NCBI GenBank assembly: GCA_938036785.1 | Contig: CALHWE010000011.1 | Coordinates: 1-24,000 of the forward strand | Length of the DNA: 24,000 nucleotides | DNA from: an uncultured Candidatus Saccharibacteria bacterium | GTDB taxonomy: Bacteria > Patescibacteriota > Saccharimonadia > Saccharimonadales > Saccharimonadaceae | Direction of reading: 5' to 3' | Shown here: in pieces, positions 23,480-24,000 of the stretch | Layout of the letters: each line of letters starts with the position of its first letter | How positions within the stretch are numbered: the stretch's first letter is position 1 | Notes under the pieces: model-generated | The model's database searches: none | The model's input: the letters and a program-made list of their open reading frames with translations, nothing else | What the model was told of the DNA's origin: nothing | Made by a program: the position numbers and the translations under genes

Positions 23480-24000
23480 CTATCCCAACTCGTCCATGCT
23501 GCCGATCAGCACATCGCGTGGGCGTGAGCCATCGGCTGGGCCAATGATGCCTTGCTCTTCCATCTCTTCCATGATGCGGGCCGCCCGGGCATAGCCCACG
23601 CGGAGCTTGCGCTGGAGGAGCGAGGTTGAGGCTTTGCGAGTCTCTACCACCACCCGCACGGCATCGCGGAACATATCGTCATTGCCTTCGCCACTGCCGT
23701 CCATATCCATCACTACGCCACCTTTGCCATTGAGCTGGACAGGCTGGCTCACGATCTCGTCATTATACTGCGGTGCCGACTGCATGCGTAGGTGGTCGGT
23801 CACCTTGGCGACTTCTTCGTCCATCACCCAGGCACCTTGGATACGCTTGGGCTTGGGCATGCTGGCGGTTTTCATCAGCATATCACCCTGACCAAGGAGC
23901 TTCTCGGCACCAATTTGGTCGAGAATAGTGCGGCTATCTACCTGGCTCGCCACCGTAAAGGCGATGCGGGCTGGCACATTGGCCTTAATAAGGCCGGTAA
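23480..24000 (-). CDS. ftsK: DNA translocase FtsK/SpoIIIE, C-terminal part; the gene continues off the right edge
   Basis: Reading in from the edge: ...TGLIKANVPARIAFTVASQVDSRTILDQIGAEKLLGQGDML is the end of the motor domain. TSLLQRKLRVGYARAARIMEEMEEQGIIGPADGSRPRDVL is the gamma winged-helix domain. Confidence 0.9.
   Translation of the reverse strand, partial: TGLIKANVPARIAFTVASQVDSRTILDQIGAEKLLGQGDMLMKTASMPKPKRIQGAWVMDEEVAKVTDHLRMQSAPQYNDEIVSQPVQLNGKGGVVMDMDGSGEGNDDMFRDAVRVVVETRKASTSLLQRKLRVGYARAARIMEEMEEQGIIGPADGSRPRDVLIGSMDELG

Overview
This 24-kb window looks like it comes from a small-genome, probably monoderm bacterium. My guess is Patescibacteria/Saccharibacteria-like, which I cannot verify here. 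Two kinds of sequence alternate. (1) Ordinary GC-rich coding DNA, roughly 55-70% GC in the lines I hand-counted. It includes a secretin-less type IV pilus operon (pilM-pilN-pilO-orf76-pilB, minus strand) preceded by an 804-aa secreted Cys-rich protein. It also includes ychF, a CPBP intramembrane protease, tlyA, efp, rpsF-ssb-rpsR, rpsL-rpsG, an MFS-like transporter, pheA, a 592-aa unknown protein and the 3' end of ftsK. (2) Three AT-rich tracts with no believable ORF (about 8985-10573, 12470-15313 and 16107-16724). All three are strongly depleted in G on the + strand. They make about 70% of the 8985-16724 interval non-coding, split the ribosomal-protein genes apart, and strand a lone acidic 247-aa ORF. 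They carry a recurrent TCATTTTTGCA-type motif and an orphan copy of the ychF/pheA extended -10 promoter. I cannot assign them a function and regard them as the most unusual thing in the window. A second candidate is a low-GC two-gene insertion just upstream of the rpsL promoter: a DUF3800-family protein translationally coupled to a 165-aa basic protein, possibly a defence or toxin-like module. Other observations: seven operon-first genes have a (TGn)TAnnnT -10 box only 6-8 nt before the ATG, which suggests leaderless mRNAs. A 167-bp element at 5833-5999 has two perfect palindromes, a direct repeat and terminal inverted repeats. EF-P has Arg rather than Lys at the loop tip. I found no rRNA, tRNA, CRISPR array, transposase or integrase.
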